This document shows positions 24,445 to 38,117 of a stretch of 64,000 nucleotides of DNA, piece by piece (the first letter of the stretch is position 1; the number at the start of each line of letters is the position of its first letter). Below the pieces are notes generated by a model, which was not told the DNA's origin, did not search any database, and saw only the letters and a list, made by a program, of their open reading frames with translations. Where the stretch lies: assembly GCF_006345805.1 (NCBI RefSeq), contig NC_043008.1, positions 42,284,001 through 42,348,000 on the forward strand, written 5' to 3'. The translations under genes were made by a program, and so were the position numbers. The DNA comes from Octopus sinensis. Its lineage: Eukaryota.

Positions 24445-25585
24445 ATATATAGAAGAAATGAGGTACTCAGAAATCTGGATGGTTTTATATTTACAGATAT
24501 TATTAGTGCTACATGTTTTTATAAATCATATATCACATTTGGCAATTCCGCACCGGAGGAACTGGCCTTCGCTTTTCTCTGACCGATGGAGACACAAGTG
24601 TGAGAATGTTACCCGTGATAAGTCTGTGACCACCCATGAGGTATTAAATAATTTCTGGTTTAGATTAACTCCATCTTCTTTAAGGTATTTTCGATGGAGT
24701 TGGTTGGTAAATAGAATCACCGATAGGTTGTACAACATAAAAGAAGACAAAATTAATGCGACAGTTTGCCATCAGTTTCCGTTTTCTCTCTCACCATCAC
24801 AAGTTCACGTAGGTGCCACGCAATGGAATTGAACCTGCAATAGGGTGAAATTTGATATTTGAACTTAGCTGTCATAATTGTATTTACCCTTTGTTTTTCT
24901 GTCGTCAGACTTTATAAATCAAATAGCTGTTATAAACTTAGGTCCATCAATATAACATATTTCGCTAATAAGTTAACTACATTGAAATCAATGTTAGAAA
25001 TCAAATTAATGATCAATAAAGTTATCTTCGATCTTATCAACTCTGTTTTGATTGTTACTTTTCTCCTTCTACTTGAGTTTCACGTTCTTCAATCATCTTC
25101 TATCTCTTATTATAATAACAACTTATAAATCTTTATTTCTTTGATTGAGCAGCGTTAGTTCATTAGCGTATTACATTAATCAAAATCCAAATTACCTGAT
25201 AAGGGTTTTGTCTCCTAACAGAATTTCTTCGTCACAACCTCCATACAAATTATCTGATGACAAAACACAAACACCATTATAGCATTTCTATAAGTCTTTT
25301 GTTGCTGAGATACCATAATGAATGGGTCTGCAGAAGTTAACAGAAGTTAAGCACTTGGCTATTGCCGATGTGTATAGAGAAGACAGGAACTGGCTAAGAT
25401 TGTTTACGCTTTGTTAGTCTCAGTATTAATGGATTCCACCATGGTTTTCGGCCGAAGTACCTTGAGAATATTTGTGTACGACGAACAAGATAGTCAGGTG
25501 TATCATTGAAGATTCACACGCGCAATATCCAAACTGAATAACACATCCTTGTCGACACTCATACATAAATCTATTATGCTTACAT

Positions 25586-25593
25586 ACATACAT

Positions 25594-25632
<39 letters not shown>

Positions 25633-25720
25633 CATATATATATATACATACATACATATATATATACATAATATATATATATACATATATATATATACAT
25701 ATATATATATACATACATAC

Positions 25721-25818
<98 letters not shown>

Positions 25819-25874
25819 GATATATACGTATATATATATATATATACGTATATATATATATATATATATATATA

Positions 25875-25910
<36 letters not shown>
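25586..25910. repeat. Long interrupted (TA)n microsatellite
   Basis: Direct reading; source of the IYIYIY ORFs in the track. Confidence 0.95.
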
Positions 25911-25913
<3 letters not shown>

Positions 25914-26150
25914 GTTCAACTCCATTTCTTCAATTCACTAATAAGATATATATATATATATATATATAATATATATAATATATATATATATACACGCGTA
26001 TATACATATATAGGAGAGGTTATATGTGTATCTGTATATAGAGATACACACACACAAATACACACATACACAGTCGCATGTATGAATATGTTTACATTTC
26101 ATAATATGCGTAAGCTGAAGAAACATATGTACATACACACGCACACATTT

Positions 26151-26210
<60 letters not shown>

Positions 26211-26719
26211 GTGTATATAGATATATGTGTGTATGTATGTGTGTATGTGTATGGATGTATGTGTGTATGTGTATGGGTGTATGTGTGTATGTGTATGGGT
26301 GTATGTGTAGCTTATAACGTATGTCTCAATGAGATTTCTGAAGATATCCTAAGGCAATGACTTAGTATGTTTACAGACACAAACTGCATCAATTAATATG
26401 TCTGCCGTGTGTATCATACTTCGTTTCAATTGAGTTCTGCCTGATTGCTTGACAGTATTGAAATGTTAATAACCTCCAAATGTTAATAACCTTGATTGCG
26501 TTCGAAAGTCCTTTCAATATTTCATTGTATCATATTCTACGTGTCTCCCTTCTACAAAAAACATAAATTGTAGAATAATGTGGATTGCTCTTAATGGGGG
26601 GGGGGCTCATGAGTTTAGTCCGACTACGCATTATCTTCTGAATGTTTTTCACAATATTGCGTTGACTAAGTATTTATGAATGAAATTCCATCGACGGAAT
26701 TTTTTCAGAAGACAGTCGT

Positions 26720-26804
<85 letters not shown>

Positions 26805-26805
26805 C

Positions 26806-27357
26806 ACCAACACGGCAAAAATTGTCGAAAATCTTCAAATTGCTCTTACTACTGTTAATAGAATTATAGTGCAATTCAAAAGCCAAGGAAAAGAATCAAC
26901 AGATTCTCGTCCCGGTCGACCTGTGCCCTCGGAAAAGTAGCTTCGCTGTTTGAAGAGAATTGTGGAAAACGAACCCCGTTCGAAGGCTTCTGACATTGCA
27001 AAACAGCTAGAAGTTAGTCCAAGAACGTATGTTATATATCTGCATAAGCTTGGGTATTATGGACGAGCAGCTAGAAGAAAACCTCTTCTTCAACCAATTA
27101 ATATCATAAAAAGAAAGAAATTGGCTAAGGAGATGTCAGAAAAATCCAGTTAATTTTGGGATAGAGTGATTTTCTCAGATGAATCCAAATTTGCATAATT
27201 TTCACCCTGGACGTGTTTGGGTCTGGAGGCTTCCCAATCAAGAATTTGATTTGAAACGACTCCAACCAACTGTGGAACATGGCGGTATCTCAGTAATTGT
27301 ATGGGGAGCTGTCACCAGAAATGGACGTTCTGAGCTGATCGAATGTGCTGGAACCAT
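26806..27357 (+). pseudogene. Tc1-family transposase relic (HTH to mid-DDE)
   Basis: [25 protein letters not shown]...RPGRP / KRIVENEPRSKASDIAKQL...LGYYGRAARRKPLL...[13 protein letters not shown]...[13 protein letters not shown]...[17 protein letters not shown]; stops and frameshifts; ends in a microsatellite. Confidence 0.9.
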
Positions 27358-27429
27358 ATACTCCTATGTATGTATATATACATGCATGCATGTATATATA
27401 TATATAAACATATATATATATACATACAT

Positions 27430-27545
27430 AGGTGTATGAATGTATGAGGGAGCAGTGCATGCCATCAAAATGACACTGGGATACAAATATACGAAGCCCA
27501 GTATACCCATCATGACTACCTGTCTGATAAGGGTACACCAGGCAC
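27430..27545 (-). mobile_element. SINE family D fragment
   Basis: Reverse complement of 49355-49462 (cttatcagacaggtagtcat.atgggtata.tgggctt...gatggcatgcactgctc). Confidence 0.7.
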
Positions 27546-28239
27546 ATATATGCATGTATGTGTGTATGTATGTATGTGTGTATATGTACGCAAATAACAA
27601 TCGCTTTGGCGGAGAAGAGAACTAAATTCATAGACGCAAACTTGAGAAAGCAGACATGGGTTGGGTTCAGAATCAATGTTATTAGTTTGGCGATCAGTTA
27701 CGAAAGAGTTGATATTGGTAATATTTACACCGCTTTCGATGTCATTCTTTGTATAGCAGAAAGAGAGGCTGAGAGGGTAAGAGAAGCTGGTAAAAGAAAG
27801 AAGACGGAAAAATTCAAAAGTGTAATCTCAACGAAAGAAGCCAAATTCATACATGACTTGTCGCATATTGGTAAAACACTTCATAGATTTAAATATTGTA
27901 CTTCCTACCTGTCGGCCAAACAAGAACGTAAACATACTCGTCCTATGCTTTTGACGTCTGACGGGAAAAAAAAACGGATGTGATTCTCTTGACGAATCGT
28001 TTCAAGGTTTGTTTGTTGATCACTCAGATTCCTCCTTAAAATAATTAAAGCATCTGTTATATATAGCAGTCATCAATTTATATATAAATCTGTGTGTGCT
28101 TGTGTATCTATCTCAATATGTATGTTAATATCTTTTGGTGCTTTGTGATGAGGAAAGCTGCCGGAATTATCAACTAATCCGAAAGCTATAACTGTGGGTT
28201 CCGGAAGAAGTGGAGTTAAATATTTGATCCACATTTCAG

Positions 28240-28380
28240 CCATTTCTTCAAATTACCGTCTATGAAATCCACTCACAAGGATTTGGCCGGTCCGAGATTA
28301 TAGTAGAGACACAAAAACTCAAGGGTCAGTGAGACTGAACACGGAACCATGTGGTTGCGGAGCCAGCTTTTTACAGCACA
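28240..28380 (-). mobile_element. Diverged SINE family C fragment
   Basis: Minus strand ctgtaaaaagctggctccgcaaccacatggttccgtgttcagtctcactg...ccttgtgagtggatttcatagacgg. Confidence 0.65.
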
Positions 28381-28488
28381 CCCATGCCTGCGCCTATATA
28401 TATATATACATATATATACATGTATATATGCATATATATATATATATAATTACATATACATATATATACATATATATGTATATATATG

Positions 28489-28566
<78 letters not shown>

Positions 28567-29270
28567 ATATATATATTATATGTGTGTGTGTGTGGTGTGT
28601 GTGTGTGGCGGGGGTATACACAATTATCTGAGTTTGAGGCAATGATCGATATCGTCTGCTTGGTTAGATTTCTATATTTTAATTATTTAACGCATTAGAA
28701 ATCGTTAGCTAAGTAGCTAAGTGTCGGTGTTTATGAGGCTTTCAGTCTTTGAAGTTATTACAGCGATGCTTTATTGCTAAGAAACGTTAGAAAGAACCAT
28801 TTAGCGGAGATTAAAACGTTTTAAAATGTATAAAACTTGTAAATATTCTCCTGTGACACACAATTTTCATATTGATATATAGTTTTTCAATGAAATCATA
28901 TAATAGATGTTTTACATTTTTGAAATGATGTTGTGACAGGCGTCATGAAGATGTTACAATTTGAATATATAATGAAAGTTATTGACCGTTTGCTCGGAGG
29001 ATGAACTAAACTCGTCCAACTGCTGTCTCATGGTTGATATGATGTGTATAAATAGCCAACAGCAAATGCCAGCTGGAAATAGCAACACTATGATGTTCGT
29101 TTCTTAGTATAGACACACGGAAATATATTCTAGTATCTCTCTATTTGTCTGTCGGTCTATCTATCTATCTGTCTGTCTACATATCTGTCTGTCTGCCTGC
29201 CTGTCTATCTGTCTATCTACCTATCCATCCAGCCGTCCATCTATCCATCCGTCCATCCCTTCATCCATCC

Positions 29271-29349
<79 letters not shown>

Positions 29350-29384
29350 CATCTATCTATCTATCATACATACATACGCATGTA

Positions 29385-30620
29385 TTAGGTTGCCAACTAA
29401 GCTCCTTCGGTTTTTTTAAAGGTTTAATAAAGAATAACGACTAATTAATCAATAATGTATTCACCCTTGTTGTTTACAACTTCTTCCCAACGTTCCACAA
29501 TATTTTCAATACCTTGTTGGTAGAAATCACCCGATTTTCACTCGGAAAATTGATCAACCAAGCTCTCAATTCTTCATCAGTATTGAACAAAGCTCCGCGC
29601 ATAGCATTTGAAAGAGATTAAAAGAGGTGGAAATCCGTTGGTGCCAAATTAGGGTGTGGCAGCACTTCCCAGCATTGCGTTTGAATGTCTTCCTTGGTCA
29701 TATTGGCGATATAAGGGCGGGCGTTGACGTGCAGCAGAAGAACTCTATGCTGCCGATTAAGTCTTTTATCTTGAGTAGCCGCGTTGAGTCGTTCCATCCG
29801 CTGAACATGGAGTTCCGCGTAAATCGTTTGGTTCCGTTCAAGCAAATTGTAATGGATAATTCTGTCCTAGTCCCAACATACACTCAACATCGTTTGTCGC
29901 CTGATGAAGATCTTGCTTCACGCGTGGTGTCGCTTGTTACCGGGGCTAAGCCATTCCTTACGCTGCTTCATATTGATGTACAGGCACCATTTTCGTTGCC
30001 AGTAACGATTCCGTAAAGAAATCGTTGCTTGTGTCCATGAGTCGAACGGAGACGAACAAGTAAACCAGCGGCGATTGTGGCTCGTTGTCACTTAAAGCAT
30101 ACGGAACCCATGCTCCATACTTCTGAAACTTTTCCAATGAGTGAAGATGCTTCCCTATAGCAGTGTGGTAGCATCCCATTTTCTCTGCCTGTTCTCCTAT
30201 CGTTTGACAAGAATTTTCGTGCATAAGTTGGTTTAATCGTTTTTCATCGAACTCAACTGGACGGCCAGAACGAGGTGCGTCTTTGAGGTCAAAATTCCAT
30301 TCTTGAACTTGGCATACCAACCACGAGCGGTTCTTTCAGCTATGGTACCCTCTCCATACTCAGCACAAATGTCGCGATCAGCTTTTGCGGCCTTAGAACC
30401 TTGATTAAAAGCAAAAAGAAGGAGGTGTCGAAAATGTTCATTTTTTCTTAACTTGAAATTCCATTTTAATGATCTGAAAATAAACAAAAATTAACTAAAA
30501 TTAACTAGAAAAAAACACACACAAAATAGATTCCAAGATGATTCAAAAATAGAATTCTCGAAAATGAAAATAGATTCCAAAATTAAAAAAAAAAACGGCG
30601 GGAACTTAGTTGGCTGACAA
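29385..30620 (-). mobile_element. Near full-length inactive mariner (Mos1/Hsmar1-like DD34D) element; transposase pseudogene 29445-30464
   Basis: TA then ttaggttgccaactaag TIR; degenerate reverse copy near 30590-30620; MEFQV/KKNEHFRHLLLFAFNQG...WYAKFKNG/NFDLKDAPRSGRP...GAWVPYALS...TGNE...LLLHVNARPY...PNLAPTDFHLF...GEYIID*; catalytic D residues mutated and frameshifts present. Confidence 0.92.
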
Positions 30621-30786
30621 AACTGCGTGATACGTTTTTGTCTCACAAGAACATCGAATATGTCTGTTGTTCGTAAAGATCGGTTATTACAATGTTTTGC
30701 AGTGATTTATGTCTTTGAGGAGACAACATAACGCTCAGGTTGATTAAAATTTTCATCCTCTACACTTTGGAAAATTTTGCTCATTA

Positions 30787-30830
<44 letters not shown>

Positions 30831-31941
30831 AATAATATTAGAGGAATTATATATTAATTTATCTATTATCAAGGGCATTGTTATATATATGTTATGTGTG
30901 TGTGTGTGTGTGCGCGCTTTTGTGTGTATGTGTGTGTGTGTGCGCGTGTGTGCGCGTGTGTATGTGTGTCCGTATGTGTTTGGACTAAGCCTTCAATTGT
31001 TCTACATGGCCGCAGTCCAATGACAAAAACAGGTCAAATCGAATAGAGAAAATATAGACGACAGATTAATTTCTCTGTGCATGACATTTGCTAACCTTTA
31101 TAGCAGCAAATTAAAATACGATGACTGACCTACGTCAATACGTTTACAGACATGTTTGCGTATATAAGGTCACGCTACTTCCTTTATTGCATCTCAAAGC
31201 TTCACTTTCTATGTTCATATTTTATTTTTTATTCTCTTTTAAAACTTATTGTTTATTATTATCTTTATTTGGGACTTGTATCCGTTCTTACCTGTGCTCA
31301 TAGTTGTTTTGTTTGAGTAGTTTTTAGTCTCTTGTGACAATCTATGTTGTTTTTGCAAAACTGAAGAATTTCTCTGTGACTGAGAAATTTGTCGTCTCCT
31401 TGCTTTGCTTTTCATTCCTGTTGTTAAATATTTGTAAAGTCGTGTCTTTTCTTCCTTGCTTTTACACATTTCCATTCAGGTGCATTATTCTTCGTTTCCT
31501 CACGTATTGCATTATTTACATTCTTCCCCGCTTTCAATTCACTCATAGTTATTATTCCAGATATGTGTCACCAGTAGATCCACGAAACCTTTTTCTCAAC
31601 CATGCAACAGCGATAAAAATAGTGTCTCTACATCAAAGTGCTTGTCTCCCAATATTAAATCTGTATAAACAAATCGTGTAAAAGACAAAACCTTCAATAA
31701 CTAGAGAATGAGAAGAAAAAATTACTTACAAAATGTGATTCGACACATAAACTCTTTATCTTCTCACAATTTCAAAGGGAACTCTAACAAGATTTTAAGT
31801 GGCAAAAACCCCACACGTTCTTGCCAAAAATATGTTACAGTAAGCTATTTAAAGAGACGTGTAGCTTTAACTGCGGGTTTTGTCGTTAAAAATAAATCAC
31901 CTACTTTATTCCCTGCTGATCAGGCTTGGAAAAGATGAAAT

Positions 31942-31955
31942 GTATCCATGGCAAC
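31942..31955. promoter_or_regulatory. RFX X-box motif GTATCCATGGCAAC
   Basis: Matches the GTHNYY-AT-RRNAAC X-box consensus, with a perfect CCATGGCAAC core; function unproven. Confidence 0.4.
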
Positions 31956-32073
31956 ATGACTGTGGAGGAAGTTATATTGACATTTCCACATCAAAATAGA
32001 AACAAATATTGCGTTATAGGAAAATGGTAAAATAAGAGAAACCAAAGACAGCCACTACAAATTAGTGTAATGG

Positions 32074-32285
32074 GGCGCAGGCGTGGCTGTGTGGTGACAG
32101 GTTTGCTTCCCAAACAACCACATGCTTCCGGATTCAATGCCACAGTCTGGTACCATGTGAAAGTGTCTCCTATTATAGCCTCAGGCAGACCAAAAACTTT
32201 CAGTGGATTTGTTTGACCGGAAATGAGAGGCACTTGCCCTATACATACATACATACATACATACACACACACATGCACACGTACG

Positions 32286-32329
<44 letters not shown>

Positions 32330-32543
32330 CATATATACATACATACATACATATATATATATATATACATATTTTTACATACATACATATATACATACAT
32401 ATATACAACCTCACGTATACACACACGCTGTATGTGCGCGCGCATTTGTGTTTGTGTTTGTTCGCCACCGTCGCTTCACAACTAGAGTTGGTGTGTTTAC
32501 ATCTCCATAACATAACAGTACAGCAAAAGATACCGATAGAATA
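32074..32543 (+). mobile_element. SINE family C with internal microsatellite
   Basis: ggcgcaggcgtggctgtgtgg head, gaccaaaaac..tcagtggatttg body, tggtgtgtttac...ccgatagaataag tail. Confidence 0.8.
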
Positions 32544-32815
32544 AGTTAGTTAGTTAGTTAGTTAGTTAGTTAATTTGGCTCAAAAGCAAATAGCAAGGCC
32601 ATGTAGGGGGACATGGAGTTAAGTACAGGGTGGTGTTCATGTAAAGAGTTCAGGCCACTTGAGGTCAAGGGAGGCTTTGAACAAAGCGGTCGTCGGCATC
32701 TTCACCATCTCGTCTGGCAGCTTGTTCCACAGATCAGCAACCCGGACGGAGAAAGCCGCTCTCCTTCGATTGAGATGAAATTGTCGCAAATAGAGCTTTT
32801 CGGAGTGACAGGTCA
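32544..32815 (-). mobile_element. CR1/L2-group LINE 3' end with (TAAC)n tail, inserted into the SINE tail
   Basis: Minus frame HSEKLYLRQFHLNRRRAAFSVRVADLWNKLPDEMVKMPTTALFKASLDLKWPELFT* (typical CR1 FS.RV...WN.LP...FK..LD C-terminus), short 3' UTR, then a TAAC repeat. Confidence 0.85.
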
Positions 32816-32914
32816 GACTGTATCACAGAAATAATAACTGCTGTTGTCGATTCGTTCAACTAAAATTCTTCAAAGCATTATGTCATGAAATCTGACAATA
32901 TAATAGTTGTTCGA

Positions 32915-33315
32915 ATTTTTTGTGCTCTAGGCACAAGGCCCGAAAGTTTCAGGAAGTGGACCAGTCTATTAGATCGACCCCAGTACGCAACTGGTTCTTC
33001 ATTTATCGACGCCGAAAGCATAAGAGGCACTGTCAACCTCGGCAGAATTTTAACTCAGAACGTAACGGCAGACGAAATACCTATTTCTTTACTACCCACA
33101 AGGGGCTAAACACAGATAGGACAAACAAGGACAGACAGACGGATTAAGTCGATTACATCGACCCCAGTGCGTAACTGGTATTTATTTAATCGACCCCGAA
33201 AGGATGAAAGGCAAAGTCGACCTCAGCGGAATTTGAACTCAGAACTTAACGGCAGACGAAATACGGCTACGCATTTCGCCCGGCGTGCTAATGTTTCTGC
33301 CAGCTCGCCGCCTTA
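32915..33315 (-). mobile_element. Family A SINE dimer
   Basis: Complete monomer 33075-33312 joined to a second body through cagacgaaatacctatttctttactaccc. Confidence 0.85.
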
Positions 33316-34518
33316 TAACAGCTGTAATAATTGATAAATGTTTGTATATAAATATATTAACACCTTAATTCTATGCAAATTTAGAAACACAATATTATCA
33401 CTAATTAACTATAGGTATCTACCAATCATATGAATCAATTTAATCCCGAAACAATAGTTAGCGATTTTTGCGTTCACGTGATTAGCTAGAAATAGGAGCC
33501 AGTTCACCCTCACAACTGTATCTGACCCTCTTTCACCGACACATCTGATAATGTAACTCAAGTGGTGTCGGTTGAAAAATTAGAATGGATAGTCACAAAT
33601 GGACCGTCAGTGGTTTTATTTCTTCCGTTTTCTCTTGATTTAGGGCTTTTCATCTTCACCACCACCACCACCACCTCCACCACCATCGCAAAAGGAACAA
33701 CCTTTTACACATAGTAATATAGGTTTTTGTATATACTGAAATTTTGATTGTATTGAAATCGTTTGTGTATTTTTTTTTTTATTACTTTTCCCATTACTTT
33801 ATTTTGTTTACTTATTCACTACTTTATTCCGTTCATATTCTAGCTGTTAAATTAACCATTCTCCGAATAGCTATTCATCACCATTGTAATTCGGTTTAAC
33901 GGCGTCTCTTTGCAATACTTCACAAATATTTCTTTCATATTATATATTAAGTTTATGTCTACATTGAAATATTAACCACTGCTTAAAGTTATTATTTTCA
34001 ATTGAAAGACTAAACAACTTGTTAAGAATACATGTAATATTCCACGACTATTTATTGATTCTATTAAAATACACCATATGTTAATGTCAGACGATATTGT
34101 AAAATACATAGAAATTAATAAGTTGAGATTCGCTATTCGCAAACTAAATTTTTCATTTATTCTAAACTAGTGTAATTGGAATATTTTATATATACTACAA
34201 AATGAATGCCAAATAAATTCATACAAGAGAATAGAATTTCCTGGGGAAGATAAAATGAATGTAGATATATATGCATGTACATATATACGGCTGTGTCATG
34301 TATATCTGATGTGGGTAAGGAGTGTATAAGTAGGTATGCATGTATGTTCTGTTTTTAATTATTTGAAGTTTCCTTGTAAGGAAGAACTTGGTTACTAACT
34401 AAAATATCTTCTCACAAATATATCACACAAAGCACAATCGGTTGCTTGTTGGTAACAAAAGCAATATTAGAAAATTACTATCTGACAACCTCACAAGGAG
34501 AGATATTCAGCAACAGTA

Positions 34519-34772
34519 CTTTGGAGTACAAATTATTTGCCAACATAACACGGCAGTCCTGGTTTAGGACGAATGTTGCTGTAATTTAACTTCTGGTGAC
34601 ATCGTCACGAGCTGCCTATACTACACGATCTGTGTCCTTATATTTTCGAACAAGGGAATCTATCTATCATATAGTCAGCTGGAGACGATGTTTCCTGGGG
34701 CTAAATTACAGCAACATTCGTCCTAAACTAGAACTGCCATGCTATGTTGGCAAATAATCTTTACTCCAAAAG
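34519..34772. mobile_element. Foldback/MITE-like element with ~95-bp imperfect inverted arms
   Basis: tttggagtacaaattatttgccaacata...tttaggacgaatgttgctgtaattta...acatcgtc versus its reverse complement gacgatgt...taaattacagcaacattcgtcctaaa...tatgttggcaaataatctttactccaaa. Confidence 0.8.
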
Positions 34773-35005
34773 CAATATTACTTGTTGAGCTTTAGAAAAT
34801 TCTTACATATGTTTACTCTGCGCTTACAAATTGTATTAATAATGTGCCAGTTAGCTGGTTCCCATTTTAAAATTAAAACTTTAGCTTTTCTAGATTGTCA
34901 CTTAAGCATTTACGCACAGAAGCAAGAATCCCTGTTATTAATGGCATTTTTGAAAGAAAAGCGGAGGGAGCAAAGCAGCAGGAGAATTTAAAGTCCCTGT
35001 GTGCT

Positions 35006-35047
<42 letters not shown>

Positions 35048-35262
35048 TGTGTGTGTGTGTGTCAGTGCGTGTGCATTTGCTAGGAAGTTAAAGAATTATG
35101 GAAAGTAAAGTGGAGGGTGGGGGTGATAAGTGGTGGAGCATAAAAGGTGTGAAGTGTAACTATTAGTCTAACCAGGTGTTGCGAGGTGCACAAGAATGTG
35201 TGTTAAATAAATATATACGCGTATATGTGAATTTGTGTGTCTATATATATATATATATATAT

Positions 35263-35543
35263 AAAATTGATCAAAATAAAAAATTGATCAAAATAAAAAT
35301 AAAAATAAAAACATAGGCGAAGGATTCAGCGGTGCATATGTTTCGGCCTTTATTAGACAGATACATAACAAATCATAATGTATGTCTGTGGCCTTCTTCA
35401 GCCGCTCACAACAGCTTCCACAAGGACATGTGTTGTTCCGAAATTCTTGGCTGGGGATGCAAATCTTCTCGTTCCCGTACGACAAAATGCGGCAGCAGCA
35501 TCGAATTGAATCGTCCATCTCCTTCTTCTCTCAATGTAGAATT

Positions 35544-35545
<2 letters not shown>
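35263..35545 (-). mobile_element. Penelope-like pseudo-LTR remnant between two (TA)n tracts
   Basis: Unique segment bounded by TA microsatellites and containing a hammerhead motif at 35328-35406. Confidence 0.55.
35328..35406 (-). ncRNA. Type I hammerhead ribozyme motif with one core substitution (U16.1>C)
   Basis: Minus strand agcgg-CTGAAGA-a-ggcc-[acagacataca...tgtatctgt...]-ggcc-GAAA-catatg-CA-ccgct; 5-bp stem I, palindromic stem III. Confidence 0.65.
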
Positions 35546-35580
<35 letters not shown>

Positions 35581-36191
35581 CCATGCTGTTGTATACGTGG
35601 GAAAGAGTAGCAATGTCTATGTAAGAAAATGACCAAAAGTTACTTGGTCAAAGTTCCAAACTTGCCAATACTGTTACACGGCAACTCCCAAAAGCACAGC
35701 GAAGAAAAGCCGATCGAAATATTGTAATAAATTTTTAATGTTAATCGTCCATCTTTACTGTAAACACGATAGGATTGTCTCTGTAATGCTAAAAACTTGT
35801 GTTTTTCATTGATAATTGAAAATGCTGTACATCACAGTCTGTAAAGCCTGTCACATTTAGTGGACAGTAATGTCTGAGATTATTAATATAGTTCGTTATT
35901 CAAACTTCACTTGCAGATAACAGTTTACTCGAAGAAAACTTTCTGAGTTGCGGAAGCCAGAAATATACTTGTGCACAAACAAAACGTTCTATTAAGATAC
36001 CTGTATTCCGTTCGCAATCACCTCAAATCTGTAGATATACATACATACATACATACATACATACATACATACACACACACACATATATACATATATACGC
36101 ACACGCACATATATATATATATATATATACACACACTATAAACATATATAAATAAAAATAAGTAGATGTATATATATATATATACATGTAT

Positions 36192-36238
<47 letters not shown>

Positions 36239-37190
36239 TACCTATATGCATATATAAATATATGCATAACAGATTTAATATATACTTTAACCATATAACA
36301 CAAGTCTTCTGTAATTTTTTTCACTCTATTTTGTCTTTTTTGTGAAACCCACGTGGTTTCACAAACCAGCACACACACTTACACACACATACACCCCCCA
36401 CACACACATTTGATATTTAATTAATATTATATAATTTCTATTATATAATATTATATAATTGACAAATTAAACTTAAATGTTGAAGTGAATCGAACGGCTT
36501 TTGTGTGTTTCTTAAATGGCTTACAAACACCTTCCACGCTGCAATTGTTTTCGTTCCAGCACACGATCTCAGATCAAGTCACTCGCTATGCGAGTACATC
36601 TCCGTAATATATAAGTTCTATACGATACTATAATAATACTATAATAGATTCATAGCGTCCCTTAATTCTATTCCTTTCTCTCAAGGTTCCTTTTTCTCTA
36701 CATCATGCAATTGCTTTATGTTTGGCTAAAGATGAGTCAGGCGAATTCCTATGATAGAAATAAGGTTTCAAATGGGTGATGATGAACTCTGCTCAGCAAA
36801 ACAACGCACGGTCGTTCGAGACCAGAGCCAGTCACGTAGTGATTATCTATACATTAGACTTACCACTAGGCTGCGCAACGTCTCATATACACACACACAC
36901 ACACACACGTTTGCGCGCGTGCAAATGTAAATGTTCATCATATCAATCTTGATACGACCGTGTTATCTTGTAGTCTATATACTAGAAATCCATTTTCCCA
37001 TCAAATATGAATAATTATTTACATCGCCTTTCCTCTTACAAATATCTCCCTTCATAACAACATCCACTTAATGCTACACACACACACACACGCATGTATA
37101 CACATGTGCGTATGTGTATATATATATGTATGTATGTAGATATATATCTATCTATTTATTTATCAATCAATCTTTCTATCTATCTATCTT

Positions 37191-37227
<37 letters not shown>

Positions 37228-37331
37228 CTGTCTGTCTGTCTATTTACCTATTTATTTATTTATCTATCTATCCATCTATCTAGCTATTTATCTACCTACC
37301 TACCTACCTACCTACCTACCTACCTACCTAC

Positions 37332-37413
<82 letters not shown>

Positions 37414-37442
37414 ATCTATCTATCTATCTATCTGTCTACCTA

Positions 37443-37496
<54 letters not shown>

Positions 37497-37709
37497 CACA
37501 GACTTATCTTTGTATGTATGTATCAAAGTATATGTGGTTACGCATATGTGTTTTTCCCGGAAAAGCTTTGAAACGGTGGGTTCCCGAGAAAAATGAATTT
37601 GTTTTGCACAAAATGTCTCCTAAAGAGAAGGTCATCCTTAAATGATAATAAAGATATGTAATTTTCTACTGGAAATAAGGAAAACGGTACTACTCGCTAT
37701 CTGTCACCA

Positions 37710-37757
<48 letters not shown>

Positions 37758-38070
37758 CTCCCTCTGTATATGTATAGTCGTTCACGCATTGGTTTCGTTT
37801 TGTTTAAAACCTCGTCTTCTAACATTTACTTTCATTTTATCACAACTATCACATACAAAAGCTGTTTTCTGATTGAGTAAAAATGATCAAGCTTCAAAAC
37901 ACTAGATTCAAATAGGTGTGGCTGGGAGAATGAACGTACAACCCCCCTAAAATGACAACTAAGAAAAAAAAGTATGTATATTTTAAACAACTTGTACATG
38001 TATGAAATTACTTACATTTATTTGGTGGTGCCCCAGCATGGCCGCGGCCTTCGGGCTAAAACATTTTAAA

Positions 38071-38117
<47 letters not shown>

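Noticed and set aside
24497-24640. 144-nt phase-0 exon candidate (tttacag|...GAG|gtatta)
   Set aside because: The peptide is unrecognisable, the signals are only moderate and it could not be linked to other exons; not enough support to call.
32544-32572. (TTAG)n as an interstitial telomeric repeat
   Set aside because: It is the (TAAC)n tail of the adjacent CR1-like LINE 3' end.
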